The notes beneath the pieces are model-generated. The model saw only the letters and a list, made by a program, of their open reading frames with translations. It was not told where the DNA came from and did not search any database. From the IMG/VR virus record IMGVR_UViG_3300037760_000034, positions 1 through 43,582 of that record: 43,582 nt of DNA. One strand, written 5' to 3'. The position numbers were made by a program, and so were the translations under genes. Positions 25,273-33,398 of the stretch are shown here, piece by piece (the first letter of the stretch is position 1; each line of letters opens with the position of its first letter). Source of the stretch: a virus (lineage: Duplodnaviria > Caudoviricetes).

Positions 25273-25641
25273 ATGGCGCTCGCGCTCGACAAAGCAAACG
25301 GCACCGAGACGGCCACCGCTGGCGGGACCGAAGACACCATCGTCACGGACACCGATCCAGGGATCTACGTCCTGGTCGTGGACATCCAGAACCTCGTGAA
25401 CGGTGAGAGCGTCGAGTTCCGCGCGTACACCAAGGTGCTGACGGGGGACGCCGAGGAGTGCGTGTACGAGCAGTCGTACTCCCACAAGCCCGGCGACGGC
25501 GCGGGCGTCGGCTCCGCCGCGAAGGGGCCGGTGATCGTGAAGAGCCCGCCCATCGAGAGTCCGTTCTCGGTCACCTTCACGGTGCGCCAGATCAACGGCA
25601 CGGGTCGCGCCTTCAAGTGGAGGCTCGACCAGCTTGCCTAG
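25273..25641 (+). CDS. Putative structural protein
   Basis: GGGAGG RBS; MALALDKANG..., beta-rich. Confidence 0.6.
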   Translation: MALALDKANGTETATAGGTEDTIVTDTDPGIYVLVVDIQNLVNGESVEFRAYTKVLTGDAEECVYEQSYSHKPGDGAGVGSAAKGPVIVKSPPIESPFSVTFTVRQINGTGRAFKWRLDQLA

Positions 25642-25957
25642 TTGGAGCTACCGGAACCTCTTCGAGTGGTTGGCGGGCGGCGACGACCGCTTCCGCGCCA
25701 CGATGACAGGCGAAGGGTTCTTCACGGGCGACCTGAAGCCGTTCATCATCTCGATGGCGGCGACGATGGTTGGCGAGGGGACACTCTCCGGCGACCTACT
25801 CACGCTCATCCTGCTCGTGGCACTCATGCAGGGCGAGGGCTTCCTGACCGGCGACCTGAAGGTCGCGCGCTTCATGGGACGGCTCACGACGTGCGGCGAT
25901 CCGCTCACCACCTTCCGCCAGGACTGGATTCCTGGTAACGAGGCACTGCCCGAATGA
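25634..25957 (+). CDS. Repeat-containing small protein
   Basis: Three A.M.GEG...GDL repeats. Confidence 0.6.
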   Translation: MPSWSYRNLFEWLAGGDDRFRATMTGEGFFTGDLKPFIISMAATMVGEGTLSGDLLTLILLVALMQGEGFLTGDLKVARFMGRLTTCGDPLTTFRQDWIPGNEALPE

Positions 25958-26376
25958 TCGGTGACGTGACGACTGCGGAGATTGAGGCCGTATTCTCCGC
26001 ATCGTCTGCGGCGAACCCGAAGCACGCGAAAGAGCCCGTCGTCATCCCCTGGCGGGAAGAGGGCGTGATCGTCGGCCTCGCGATGGGCTTCATCGAAGTG
26101 TGGCCCGAAGCGCCTGGCAAGACCGCGTACCTCGACTGCATCATCGTGCTGCCGACAGCACGCCGGAAGCTGGAAGTGATGAACCTGTTCCCCGACTACA
26201 TCGCGGAGATCCTGCGCGAGCGCGGGGACATCGAGCGCATCGCGCTCTGCATCGGACACGCCGACACGCGCCACGACCGCCTGGAGAAGTGGGCACTCAG
26301 TCGCGGCTACAAGAAGTACGGCACCACGGGGAGCCGAGACTGGTACGCACTGAACCTCAAGGAGAGCACGTCATGA
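25954..26376 (+). CDS. Putative GNAT-fold acetyltransferase
   Basis: IVG...AYLDCIIVLPTARRK...KWALSRGY pattern. Confidence 0.55.
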   Translation: MIGDVTTAEIEAVFSASSAANPKHAKEPVVIPWREEGVIVGLAMGFIEVWPEAPGKTAYLDCIIVLPTARRKLEVMNLFPDYIAEILRERGDIERIALCIGHADTRHDRLEKWALSRGYKKYGTTGSRDWYALNLKESTS

Positions 26377-26594
26377 AGAGCGGCGGAGCGGAGCGCCCGG
26401 CGATTCAGCAGACCGAGATGCCGGTGGAGAAGGACAAGAGCACCCAGGACAAGACCGCAGCGCGCCTGACGAAGGCCCGCTACCAGAAGGGATTCATGTC
26501 TACGATGCAGTCCGACCGGTCCGGCCTCGGGCAGGCGGGCGGCGGCATCGCAACGGGCGGCTCGCCGACCGGCAGCGTCGAGAAGCTGGGCTAG
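26373..26594 (+). CDS. Small pre-portal virion protein
   Basis: AAGGAG RBS; G/S/T-rich, ends in KLG, directly before portal as in T7/BPP-1-like phages. Confidence 0.6.
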   Translation: MKSGGAERPAIQQTEMPVEKDKSTQDKTAARLTKARYQKGFMSTMQSDRSGLGQAGGGIATGGSPTGSVEKLG

Positions 26595-26598
26595 TCTC

Positions 26599-28302
26599 GT
26601 GGCGGACGCCCTCGCTGTAGCCCACACGAGGCGGTGGCAGTCGCTGTACACCGACCTGAACCTGTGGCTCCCGACGTGGCAGGACATCACCGAGCTGTGC
26701 CTCCCCCGCAAGTCCAACATCACGCTGAACCGGACGCCGGGGCGGACGCAGACGGAGCGGATGACCGATGCCACCGCCGCCCACGCCATCGAGCTGCTCT
26801 CCGCTTCGATGCAGGGCTCGCTCACCTCGGGAAGCGTCCGCTGGTTCTACTACCGCATCCGTGGGCTCGCGTACGGGCAGGACACCGCGACCGATCAGTG
26901 GCTGGAGATCGCCAGCAACATGTCGTACGACGAGCTGAAGCAGTCCAACTTCAACTCGGAGGCGCACGAGTTCTACACCGATCTCGCCAGCGTGGGCACC
27001 GCCGCGATGTTCATCGAGCGGAAAGACCCGCGCCCCGGTCAGCCGTGGCAGGGCGTCCGCTTCAAGACGCTGCCGCCAGGCACGTTCGCCATCGACGAGA
27101 ACGAGGAAGGCGTCGTTGATACGCTGTACTACAAGTACCGGCTGACGGCCCGGCAGGCGGCGGAGAAGTTCACGCTCGCGAAACTGCCGGACATCATGCG
27201 TCGACACCTTCTCGCCGGGCAAGAGCCGGACCGGATGTTCGACTTCATCAACGCGATCTACCCGCGCAAGGACAAGTGGGCGGACGCGCGTGGGTCGCAG
27301 ATCACCTCGAAGGCGTGGGCTTCGCTGCACTTCTCGCTCGACGAGCCCACCGTCCTGAAGGAAGGCGGCTACGAGGAGTTCCCCTTCGCCGTGGGCCGCT
27401 GGACGAAGTCGTCCGACGAGAAGTACGGGCGCTCCCCGGCCTTCACCGTCCTGGCCGACGTGAAGACGCTGAACAAGCTGGTCGAGCTGAAGCTGCGCGC
27501 CCTCGCCAACAAGGTGCTCCCGCCGATGAAGCAGCGGGACAACGGCGTACTCGGCAGCATCAAGCTGTACCCCGGTGGCGGCACCATCGTGCGCGACATG
27601 GACGCGGTGCAGCCGCTCTTCACAGACCAGGGCGGAGTCGAGGCGGGGATGCTGCAGGAAGACCGCCTCCAGACCGCGATCAAGCGCGGGTTCTTCGCCG
27701 ACCAGCTCCAGCTCCAGGACGGCCCGCAGATGACCGCGTACGAGGTGCAGGTACGCTACGAGCTGATGCAGCGCATCCTCGGCCCGACGCTCGGGCGGCT
27801 CGAAGTCGAGTTCCTGGAGCCCGTCATCACCCGCGTGTACCGGATGCAGGAGCGCGCGAAGCGCCTGCCCGAGCCCACCGCGTGGATGCAGAAGCAGAAC
27901 GCCAAGTTCGACGTAGAGTACGAAGGCCCCCTGCAGCGGGCTCAGCGCCTGGGCGACGTGGTGTCGACGCAGCGCTTCCTCCAGGTGGCGATCCCGCTGG
28001 CCGAGCTGGACGACGAAGTGGTCGACAACCTCGACAGCGACAAGCTGTTCCGCCTCCTCGGCCGCGACACGGGCGCGAGCCCCACGATCTTCCGCAGCGA
28101 GAAGGACCGCGACGAACGGCGCGCCACACGTCGCGCGCAGCTCGCCGACCAGAACGCAAAGATGCAGCAGGCCGAGCAGATGAAGGCGATGGGCCAGGGC
28201 GCCCCGGCGCTGAAGGCCATCGTCGAGGCGCAGGCGGCGGGCATCCTTCCCCAAGGCGGGGCGACCGGCCAAGGGCCAGTGACAGGAGGCGTTGACCGGT
28301 GA
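26599..28302 (+). CDS. Portal protein (head-to-tail connector, T7 gp8/BPP-1-like)
   Basis: DATA, SNF.SE, GTA, RW....EKYGRSP, MTAYEV..R....RILGP..GRL..EFL.P motifs. Confidence 0.95.
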   Translation: MADALAVAHTRRWQSLYTDLNLWLPTWQDITELCLPRKSNITLNRTPGRTQTERMTDATAAHAIELLSASMQGSLTSGSVRWFYYRIRGLAYGQDTATDQWLEIASNMSYDELKQSNFNSEAHEFYTDLASVGTAAMFIERKDPRPGQPWQGVRFKTLPPGTFAIDENEEGVVDTLYYKYRLTARQAAEKFTLAKLPDIMRRHLLAGQEPDRMFDFINAIYPRKDKWADARGSQITSKAWASLHFSLDEPTVLKEGGYEEFPFAVGRWTKSSDEKYGRSPAFTVLADVKTLNKLVELKLRALANKVLPPMKQRDNGVLGSIKLYPGGGTIVRDMDAVQPLFTDQGGVEAGMLQEDRLQTAIKRGFFADQLQLQDGPQMTAYEVQVRYELMQRILGPTLGRLEVEFLEPVITRVYRMQERAKRLPEPTAWMQKQNAKFDVEYEGPLQRAQRLGDVVSTQRFLQVAIPLAELDDEVVDNLDSDKLFRLLGRDTGASPTIFRSEKDRDERRATRRAQLADQNAKMQQAEQMKAMGQGAPALKAIVEAQAAGILPQGGATGQGPVTGGVDR

Positions 28303-28631
28303 GGAAGACGACCACGCGGACGCCGAAGGACAAGGACGACGCGCACAAGCTGAACCTCGAAGCGTACGTCAGCCTCTTCCACAACACCCCGAGCGGTCGG
28401 CAGATCTTGGCCGACCTGAAGGCCAGCCTGGACCGTCCGACGTACCGGCCGGGCATGAGCCCCAACGACACGCTGTGGCTCGAAGGTCGCCGCTCCGTCT
28501 ACCTCGACATCATCGCCTCCGTAGGCGCGGGTGAAGAGCTGATCGAGTCCGGTGGCGAAGAGCAGCAGGAACCCGAGACGGAGGCCCCCGCTGTCGTCGA
28601 AGGCGGCGCGCTCACTACCCCGCTCGACTAG
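28299..28631 (+). CDS. Bbp19-like protein
   Basis: Y..LF...GRQILADL...EGRRSVYLDI motif, between portal and scaffold. Confidence 0.75.
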   Translation: MRKTTTRTPKDKDDAHKLNLEAYVSLFHNTPSGRQILADLKASLDRPTYRPGMSPNDTLWLEGRRSVYLDIIASVGAGEELIESGGEEQQEPETEAPAVVEGGALTTPLD

Positions 28632-28671
28632 CACGCATCTCACCTGCACGAAGAGGAGAATCTGACCCGCT

Positions 28672-29538
28672 ATGGCGGACAATCAAGACCCCAACGAAGG
28701 CAACACGCCCGACCCCGCAGCCGCAGCCGCCGAAGCCGCAGCGAAGCTGGCCGCAGGTGAGACACCCGCTCCCGACGCTCGCGCGTGGGTGCCGGAGAAG
28801 CTGAAGGGACACAAGTCCCTGGAGAAGTTCAAGACCAGCGAGGATGCCCTCAACGGCTACCTCAACCTGGAGAGCGCGTACGGCAAGAAGTTCGAGGAGA
28901 ACCTGAAGGACGACGCCCCCGCCGAAGTCAAGGCGCGCGTGGCGGCGGCTCTCGGCGTCCCCGAGTCGGCCGACGCGTACGAGTTCGCCGAGGCCCCCAA
29001 GGACAAGGACGGCAAGCCGCAGCTCACGCTCGACGAGACGGTCGCCAAGTCCTTCAAGGAAGTCGCCCACAAGGCGCGGCTCTCGAAGTCGCAGGTGAAG
29101 GCACTCTCCGAGTGGCAGATCAACCTGGAGCTGGGCCGCTCGACCGTGCAGTCGCAGGAGCGCAAGCAGGCCGAGACGAAAGGTATGGAAGAGCTGAACG
29201 CCGATTGGGGCGCGGCGGCTCCTCGCAACATCGCACTGGTGCAACAGGTCGTTCACGAAGTGGCGGGCGCGGAAGTCGCGGCCTACCTCAACGAGAGCGG
29301 CATGACCAACGATCCGCGCATGGTGAGGTTCCTCCACGGCGTGGCTCTCAAGCTGCAAGAGGACAACCTGATGACGCCGAATCCCACCGGTCTTGCCTCG
29401 GAAGACGCGAAGGCCGAGCTGGCGGCGATCCGCAAGGACGCCAAGACGAACGGTTACCTGGACCGGGACCACCCGGACCACAAGCGCATCGTCCAGCGCG
29501 TACACGAGCTGACTCAGCTCGCGTCGCCGGGACAGTAG
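28672..29538 (+). CDS. Capsid assembly scaffolding protein
   Basis: LEKFK....L..Y..LE, LGVPE.AD.Y, AHKA.LS..Q, L...WG, DHPDH motifs; position before the capsid gene. Confidence 0.85.
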   Translation: MADNQDPNEGNTPDPAAAAAEAAAKLAAGETPAPDARAWVPEKLKGHKSLEKFKTSEDALNGYLNLESAYGKKFEENLKDDAPAEVKARVAAALGVPESADAYEFAEAPKDKDGKPQLTLDETVAKSFKEVAHKARLSKSQVKALSEWQINLELGRSTVQSQERKQAETKGMEELNADWGAAAPRNIALVQQVVHEVAGAEVAAYLNESGMTNDPRMVRFLHGVALKLQEDNLMTPNPTGLASEDAKAELAAIRKDAKTNGYLDRDHPDHKRIVQRVHELTQLASPGQ

Positions 29539-29553
29539 CGCCGTAGCACGTAG

Positions 29554-29706
29554 CACCCGCGCATCACGACCCCCGCAAGGATAAGGTCGCGCGCGAGGTG
29601 TAGGCTGGGCCGCGCAAGCGACAACCCTCCGACAGGCTGTTCAAGCCGTACGGCTGTTCACGAAACGTGAACGGTCGCGATAGTCGAACACTGCCCAAGG
29701 AGGGCA
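29554..29706 (+). ncRNA. Structured leader upstream of the major capsid gene
   Basis: Two GCAA-capped hairpins, each with a C / A(T/C)AA internal loop, two further hairpins, and an RBS held in a TGCCC/GGGCA stem-loop. Confidence 0.55.
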
Positions 29707-29709
29707 ATC

Positions 29710-30585
29710 ATGAGCGCCAACATCCCCGTAGCATTCGTCGACCAGTACCACGCCGACGTGGAGATGCTGCTTCAGCAGAAGGGCAGCAGGCTTCGCGGCA
29801 AGGTGCGCGTCGAGGACCAGAAGGGCGAAGTGCAGTTCTGGGACCAGATCGGCCCCACCGAGGCGGAGGACATCACCAACCGCCACGGCGACTCCCCGCA
29901 GGTAGACTCCGAGCACTTCCGTCGCTCGGTGAGCCTCCAGTTCTTCGACTGGGGCGACTTCATCGACAAGATCGACAAGGTGCGGATGCTGATCGACCCG
30001 ACCAACAGCTACACCCAGAACGCGGTGTACGCTCTCGGCCGCAAGATCGACCGCATCGCCATCGCCGCAGTGTTCGGCACGTCCCAGACGGGGCACGCCG
30101 GAGCCACCGCGACGACCTTCCCGGCCGCGAACATCGTCCCGCTGAACCTCGGCGGCACGAACGTGGGCCTGACCGTGCCGAAGCTGGTGCGGGCGAAGAA
30201 GCTGCTCCTGTCGTTCGAGAACGACATGGAAGAGCCCATGTACCTCGGGTACGCGGCTCAGCAGATGGAGGACATGCTGAACCTCACGCAGGTGACCAGC
30301 GCCGACTACAACTCGGTGAAGGCGCTCGTGCGGGGCGATGTGAACTCCTTCATGGGGTTCGAGTTCTGCCACTCCGAGCTGTTCACGCACGACGGGACTT
30401 CCCGCCTCGTGCCGGTGTGGGCCAAGAGCGGCTGGCTGCTCGCCATCGCTCCCGATGTCGAGACGGCGGTCGAGCGTCGCTGGGACAAGCGCGGCAACGT
30501 GTACGTCTACGCGGCGGCTGGCGCCGGTTCGACCCGCATGCAGGAGAACAAGGTCATCCAGATCCCCTGCCTGGAGACGCTGTAA
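29710..30585 (+). CDS. Major capsid protein
   Basis: FVDQY......LLQQKGSRLR, RH.D.P, IDKIDK.RMLIDP, ALGRKID, TSADYN.VKALV.G..N.FMGF.F motifs. Confidence 0.93.
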   Translation: MSANIPVAFVDQYHADVEMLLQQKGSRLRGKVRVEDQKGEVQFWDQIGPTEAEDITNRHGDSPQVDSEHFRRSVSLQFFDWGDFIDKIDKVRMLIDPTNSYTQNAVYALGRKIDRIAIAAVFGTSQTGHAGATATTFPAANIVPLNLGGTNVGLTVPKLVRAKKLLLSFENDMEEPMYLGYAAQQMEDMLNLTQVTSADYNSVKALVRGDVNSFMGFEFCHSELFTHDGTSRLVPVWAKSGWLLAIAPDVETAVERRWDKRGNVYVYAAAGAGSTRMQENKVIQIPCLETL

Positions 30586-30703
30586 GTCCCAGGTAGTCCG
30601 ATAGACCACGACCCCGGCAGCGCACCGCGTCTCAGACTGTAAGGGAAAGCGGGCCGGGGCCACTTCCCCCTACACCCCACTTCCACGCCGAAAGGATCTC
30701 ACC

Positions 30704-31132
30704 ATGGCAACCCTCAAGTCCGACCAGCTCACCAACATCGAGGCGGTCCCCGCCGTTCAGAACCCCTCGCGCGACGAGGATGCTCGTCTGCGCGTCAAGG
30801 TCTTCACCTGGACGGCCACCGCCGACGTGGACCCCAGCACCATCCGTCTCGGCGTCCTGAAGAAGGGCTACCGCCTTCTCGGGATGCGCGTCACCGCTCC
30901 GATCATCGGCGACACGGGCGCGACCCTGTCGCTCGGCGTTGCGGGCACCGTGGCGAAGTACATGGCCGCGACCGCCATCGACGCCGCGCTCTCCGCCGAC
31001 GCCAACCACACCGCCGCGCTGTTCCACGGCGAAGTGCTGACCGAGGACGTGGAGCTGATCGCCACTCTGGCGACCGCAGACTTCACCGCGACCGGTGTCC
31101 TCACCGTCGTGGTCCGCTACTCCCGCGACTAA
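30704..31132 (+). CDS. Putative capsid cement/decoration protein
   Basis: Follows the capsid gene before the terminator; beta-sandwich pattern (ATLSLG...KY). Confidence 0.65.
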   Translation: MATLKSDQLTNIEAVPAVQNPSRDEDARLRVKVFTWTATADVDPSTIRLGVLKKGYRLLGMRVTAPIIGDTGATLSLGVAGTVAKYMAATAIDAALSADANHTAALFHGEVLTEDVELIATLATADFTATGVLTVVVRYSRD

Positions 31133-31141
31133 GTTCAACCC

Positions 31142-31187
31142 GGGCGGGCAGGCTCTCGGCAACGCGCTGAGGGCCTGTCCGCTCTTT
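31142..31187 (+). terminator. Hairpin terminator after the capsid genes, probably leaky
   Basis: 19-bp stem with G-T wobbles and only TTT after it; position analogous to T7 T-phi. Confidence 0.65.
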
Positions 31188-31204
31188 CCACAACAGGGGA
31201 GCCG

Positions 31205-32542
31205 ATGCCGCCGAGTCCGCCGTTCGATGCTGCGTCATGGGTACGCCGCGCCAACATCCCTGGGGCTATCCTGAACGGAGTCTATTCGGGTCAGGTGGTC
31301 GGGCCAATCAACGCCTCCTACGATCCAGTATCTCGAACGGTCCAGTCCTTTTCGCAGCAGGCTCACCACTTCCGTGGGTTCGTGAACACCGCTCAGATCA
31401 GCTTCGACGATGGCGCAACGTGGACTTTCAGCTTCAACGAAACAGCCGACATCAACCGGACAGATACGTGCCCTACCGGGTGGTCTTTGCCGAATCCGTC
31501 TGGAGTAGGAAGTATCCACTTCCAGGTTCGTGTCTTGTGGGACCATGCCTTCTTGATCGCGAGTGGAGCAATCAGCCCAGGCGGGATGTCGATTTGGGCG
31601 AGTGCTGGCGGGTCGTCGTTCTTCAAGCAGCAGGATCTGGCGACATGGCCCGCGCTCAACGACATCCCGGCCACATCCGGAGGCCACGCGACCTTCCACC
31701 TATTCCCGTCAGTCACTCAGCCGATTCTGCTAGAAGGTTCCGGTCCCGATGGGGAGGACGCTTACTGGATCATTTCCTCCTACAGCTTCGAGGCTGGCGG
31801 CACATCAAACCGGACGACGTTCAAGGCTGCGACCCTCTGGCGCTCTATCGACGGCGGAATAAGCTGGGAAGCAGTGCGCGACATGGAAGTCGCCCTCGGT
31901 GGGATGTTCAACGCTGGCTCGATTGTTCGCAGCACCTCGGGCCGTCTTGTGATCGTCGCTGGTGGAGCCGGTGGCATCTGGTGGACGGACGGGGATCTCC
32001 TGACAGGTGTTTTCACGGGAGCCAACTTCAGCGGAGCTAGCGGCATTCGTGGCCCGCTCATGGAGATGTATGGCGGCACGTTCTACACGTTCAGCCAGGG
32101 CACGCTCACGGGGCCGGGCTCGGGCTGGATCTCCTGCGACGACTGCGAGAACTTCTTCGGGGTGAACGAGATCATCCCCGCGAATGAAGCGGGGTACGGC
32201 GTCAAGCTAGGGCCGACAGAAATTCTGATCGTCGCGCCCGACTTTGATAACCCGACAACGGCCACGAGCGCATACTACAGCTCGAACGGCGGCGAGAACT
32301 TCGTCAAGAACGACCCGTGGCTCGTATCCGGGGTTGGGGAACGCCCCGTTCTATTGGCGCTCCGCAGCAACGGGACGCCCATCGTAGTCGCTCGTGGCGG
32401 GGGCGTCTTCCTCAGCGGCGACACCGCGCGCGGCGTCGCTGGCGAGCGCACGGTCTGTCCGCTCGCGAATGCAGGACTTGCTGCTGCGCGTCCGCTTATA
32501 CTTTGCGGCGGTGTACTCTCCAACATCTGCGACAACCACTGA
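31205..32542 (+). CDS. Asp-box (BNR) beta-propeller protein, putative receptor-binding/glycan-active spike
   Basis: SFDDGATW, RSIDGGISW, SCDDCENF, SSNGGENF repeats. Confidence 0.7.
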   Translation: MPPSPPFDAASWVRRANIPGAILNGVYSGQVVGPINASYDPVSRTVQSFSQQAHHFRGFVNTAQISFDDGATWTFSFNETADINRTDTCPTGWSLPNPSGVGSIHFQVRVLWDHAFLIASGAISPGGMSIWASAGGSSFFKQQDLATWPALNDIPATSGGHATFHLFPSVTQPILLEGSGPDGEDAYWIISSYSFEAGGTSNRTTFKAATLWRSIDGGISWEAVRDMEVALGGMFNAGSIVRSTSGRLVIVAGGAGGIWWTDGDLLTGVFTGANFSGASGIRGPLMEMYGGTFYTFSQGTLTGPGSGWISCDDCENFFGVNEIIPANEAGYGVKLGPTEILIVAPDFDNPTTATSAYYSSNGGENFVKNDPWLVSGVGERPVLLALRSNGTPIVVARGGGVFLSGDTARGVAGERTVCPLANAGLAAARPLILCGGVLSNICDNH

Positions 32543-32549
32543 GGCCCAC

Positions 32550-33395
32550 ATGGAACTTCTTGACGTAGCGAATCGCGCGCTGGTCCGGCTGGGAGCGAAG
32601 AAGATCGACTCCCTGTCGGAGGAGTCCGACTCCGCCATCGCCTGCAACGAAGAGGCGGAGGCCTGTCGGCTGGAGACGCTCCGCGCCTTCCCGTGGAACT
32701 TCGCGCGGGGCCGCTTCCGTCTGAACACGTTCCCGAGCGCGACGCTGGTGCCGGGCGTACAAGTGGTGGACACCGACGTGAACTTCTTTTCGGCTGCGTC
32801 GCCCTTCGTCGCGGGGCGGGACGAGGGCTTCATCCTGAAGCTGCAGGGCTCCAGCGAAGGAAGCGCCCGCATCGTCTCCGTCACCGACGCGCAGAACGTG
32901 ATCGCCACGGTGGAGTCAGTCTTCCCAGGCGGCGTGACGCCGCTGACCACCGGCCAGTGGTACTTCAAGCCGGGCTGGGAGTTCGAGTACCGCTACCCGA
33001 AGCCGTCCGACTACGTCCGCCTCATCAAGGTACAACGGGTGGGCGCGCTCGGCGCGACGGCGGCGATCCTCTGGTCCTACTGGCGCGATCTGGGCAGCGA
33101 GCCCGAGCCGATCAAGGTCGAGGGGGACTTCCTCGTCTCCGACGCAGGCACGCGGCTCGACATCATGTACACGCGCGACATCACCGACCTGGACAAGTGG
33201 GACGCGCTCGCGCTCTCCGCGCTTGCCGCGAGGCTGGCCTTCCGCATCTGCTACGCGGTGACCGGCTCCCTACAGGCGGCGCGTACGCAGCACGACTCGT
33301 TCGTGGAGATCCTCGCCGAGGCGCGCACCATGGACTCGCAGGAAGGCAGCATCGACCAGACCGGGTCAGACATCCTGCTCACCGTGCGGGTCTAA
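32550..33395 (+). CDS. Tail tubular protein A (adaptor, gp11-like)
   Basis: VANRALVRLGA..I.S, PWNFA, Y..P.DY.R, VEG, AR..DSQEG motifs. Confidence 0.85.
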   Translation: MELLDVANRALVRLGAKKIDSLSEESDSAIACNEEAEACRLETLRAFPWNFARGRFRLNTFPSATLVPGVQVVDTDVNFFSAASPFVAGRDEGFILKLQGSSEGSARIVSVTDAQNVIATVESVFPGGVTPLTTGQWYFKPGWEFEYRYPKPSDYVRLIKVQRVGALGATAAILWSYWRDLGSEPEPIKVEGDFLVSDAGTRLDIMYTRDITDLDKWDALALSALAARLAFRICYAVTGSLQAARTQHDSFVEILAEARTMDSQEGSIDQTGSDILLTVRV

Positions 33396-33398
33396 GCT

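Noticed and set aside
26500-28272. 590-aa minus-strand ORF opposite the portal gene
   Set aside because: Antisense shadow with no recognisable motifs.
30586-30703. Possible tRNA-like or riboswitch element after the capsid gene
   Set aside because: Only a CCCCGGC/GCCGGGG stem and a CAGACTGTAA stretch; no cloverleaf or recognisable aptamer.
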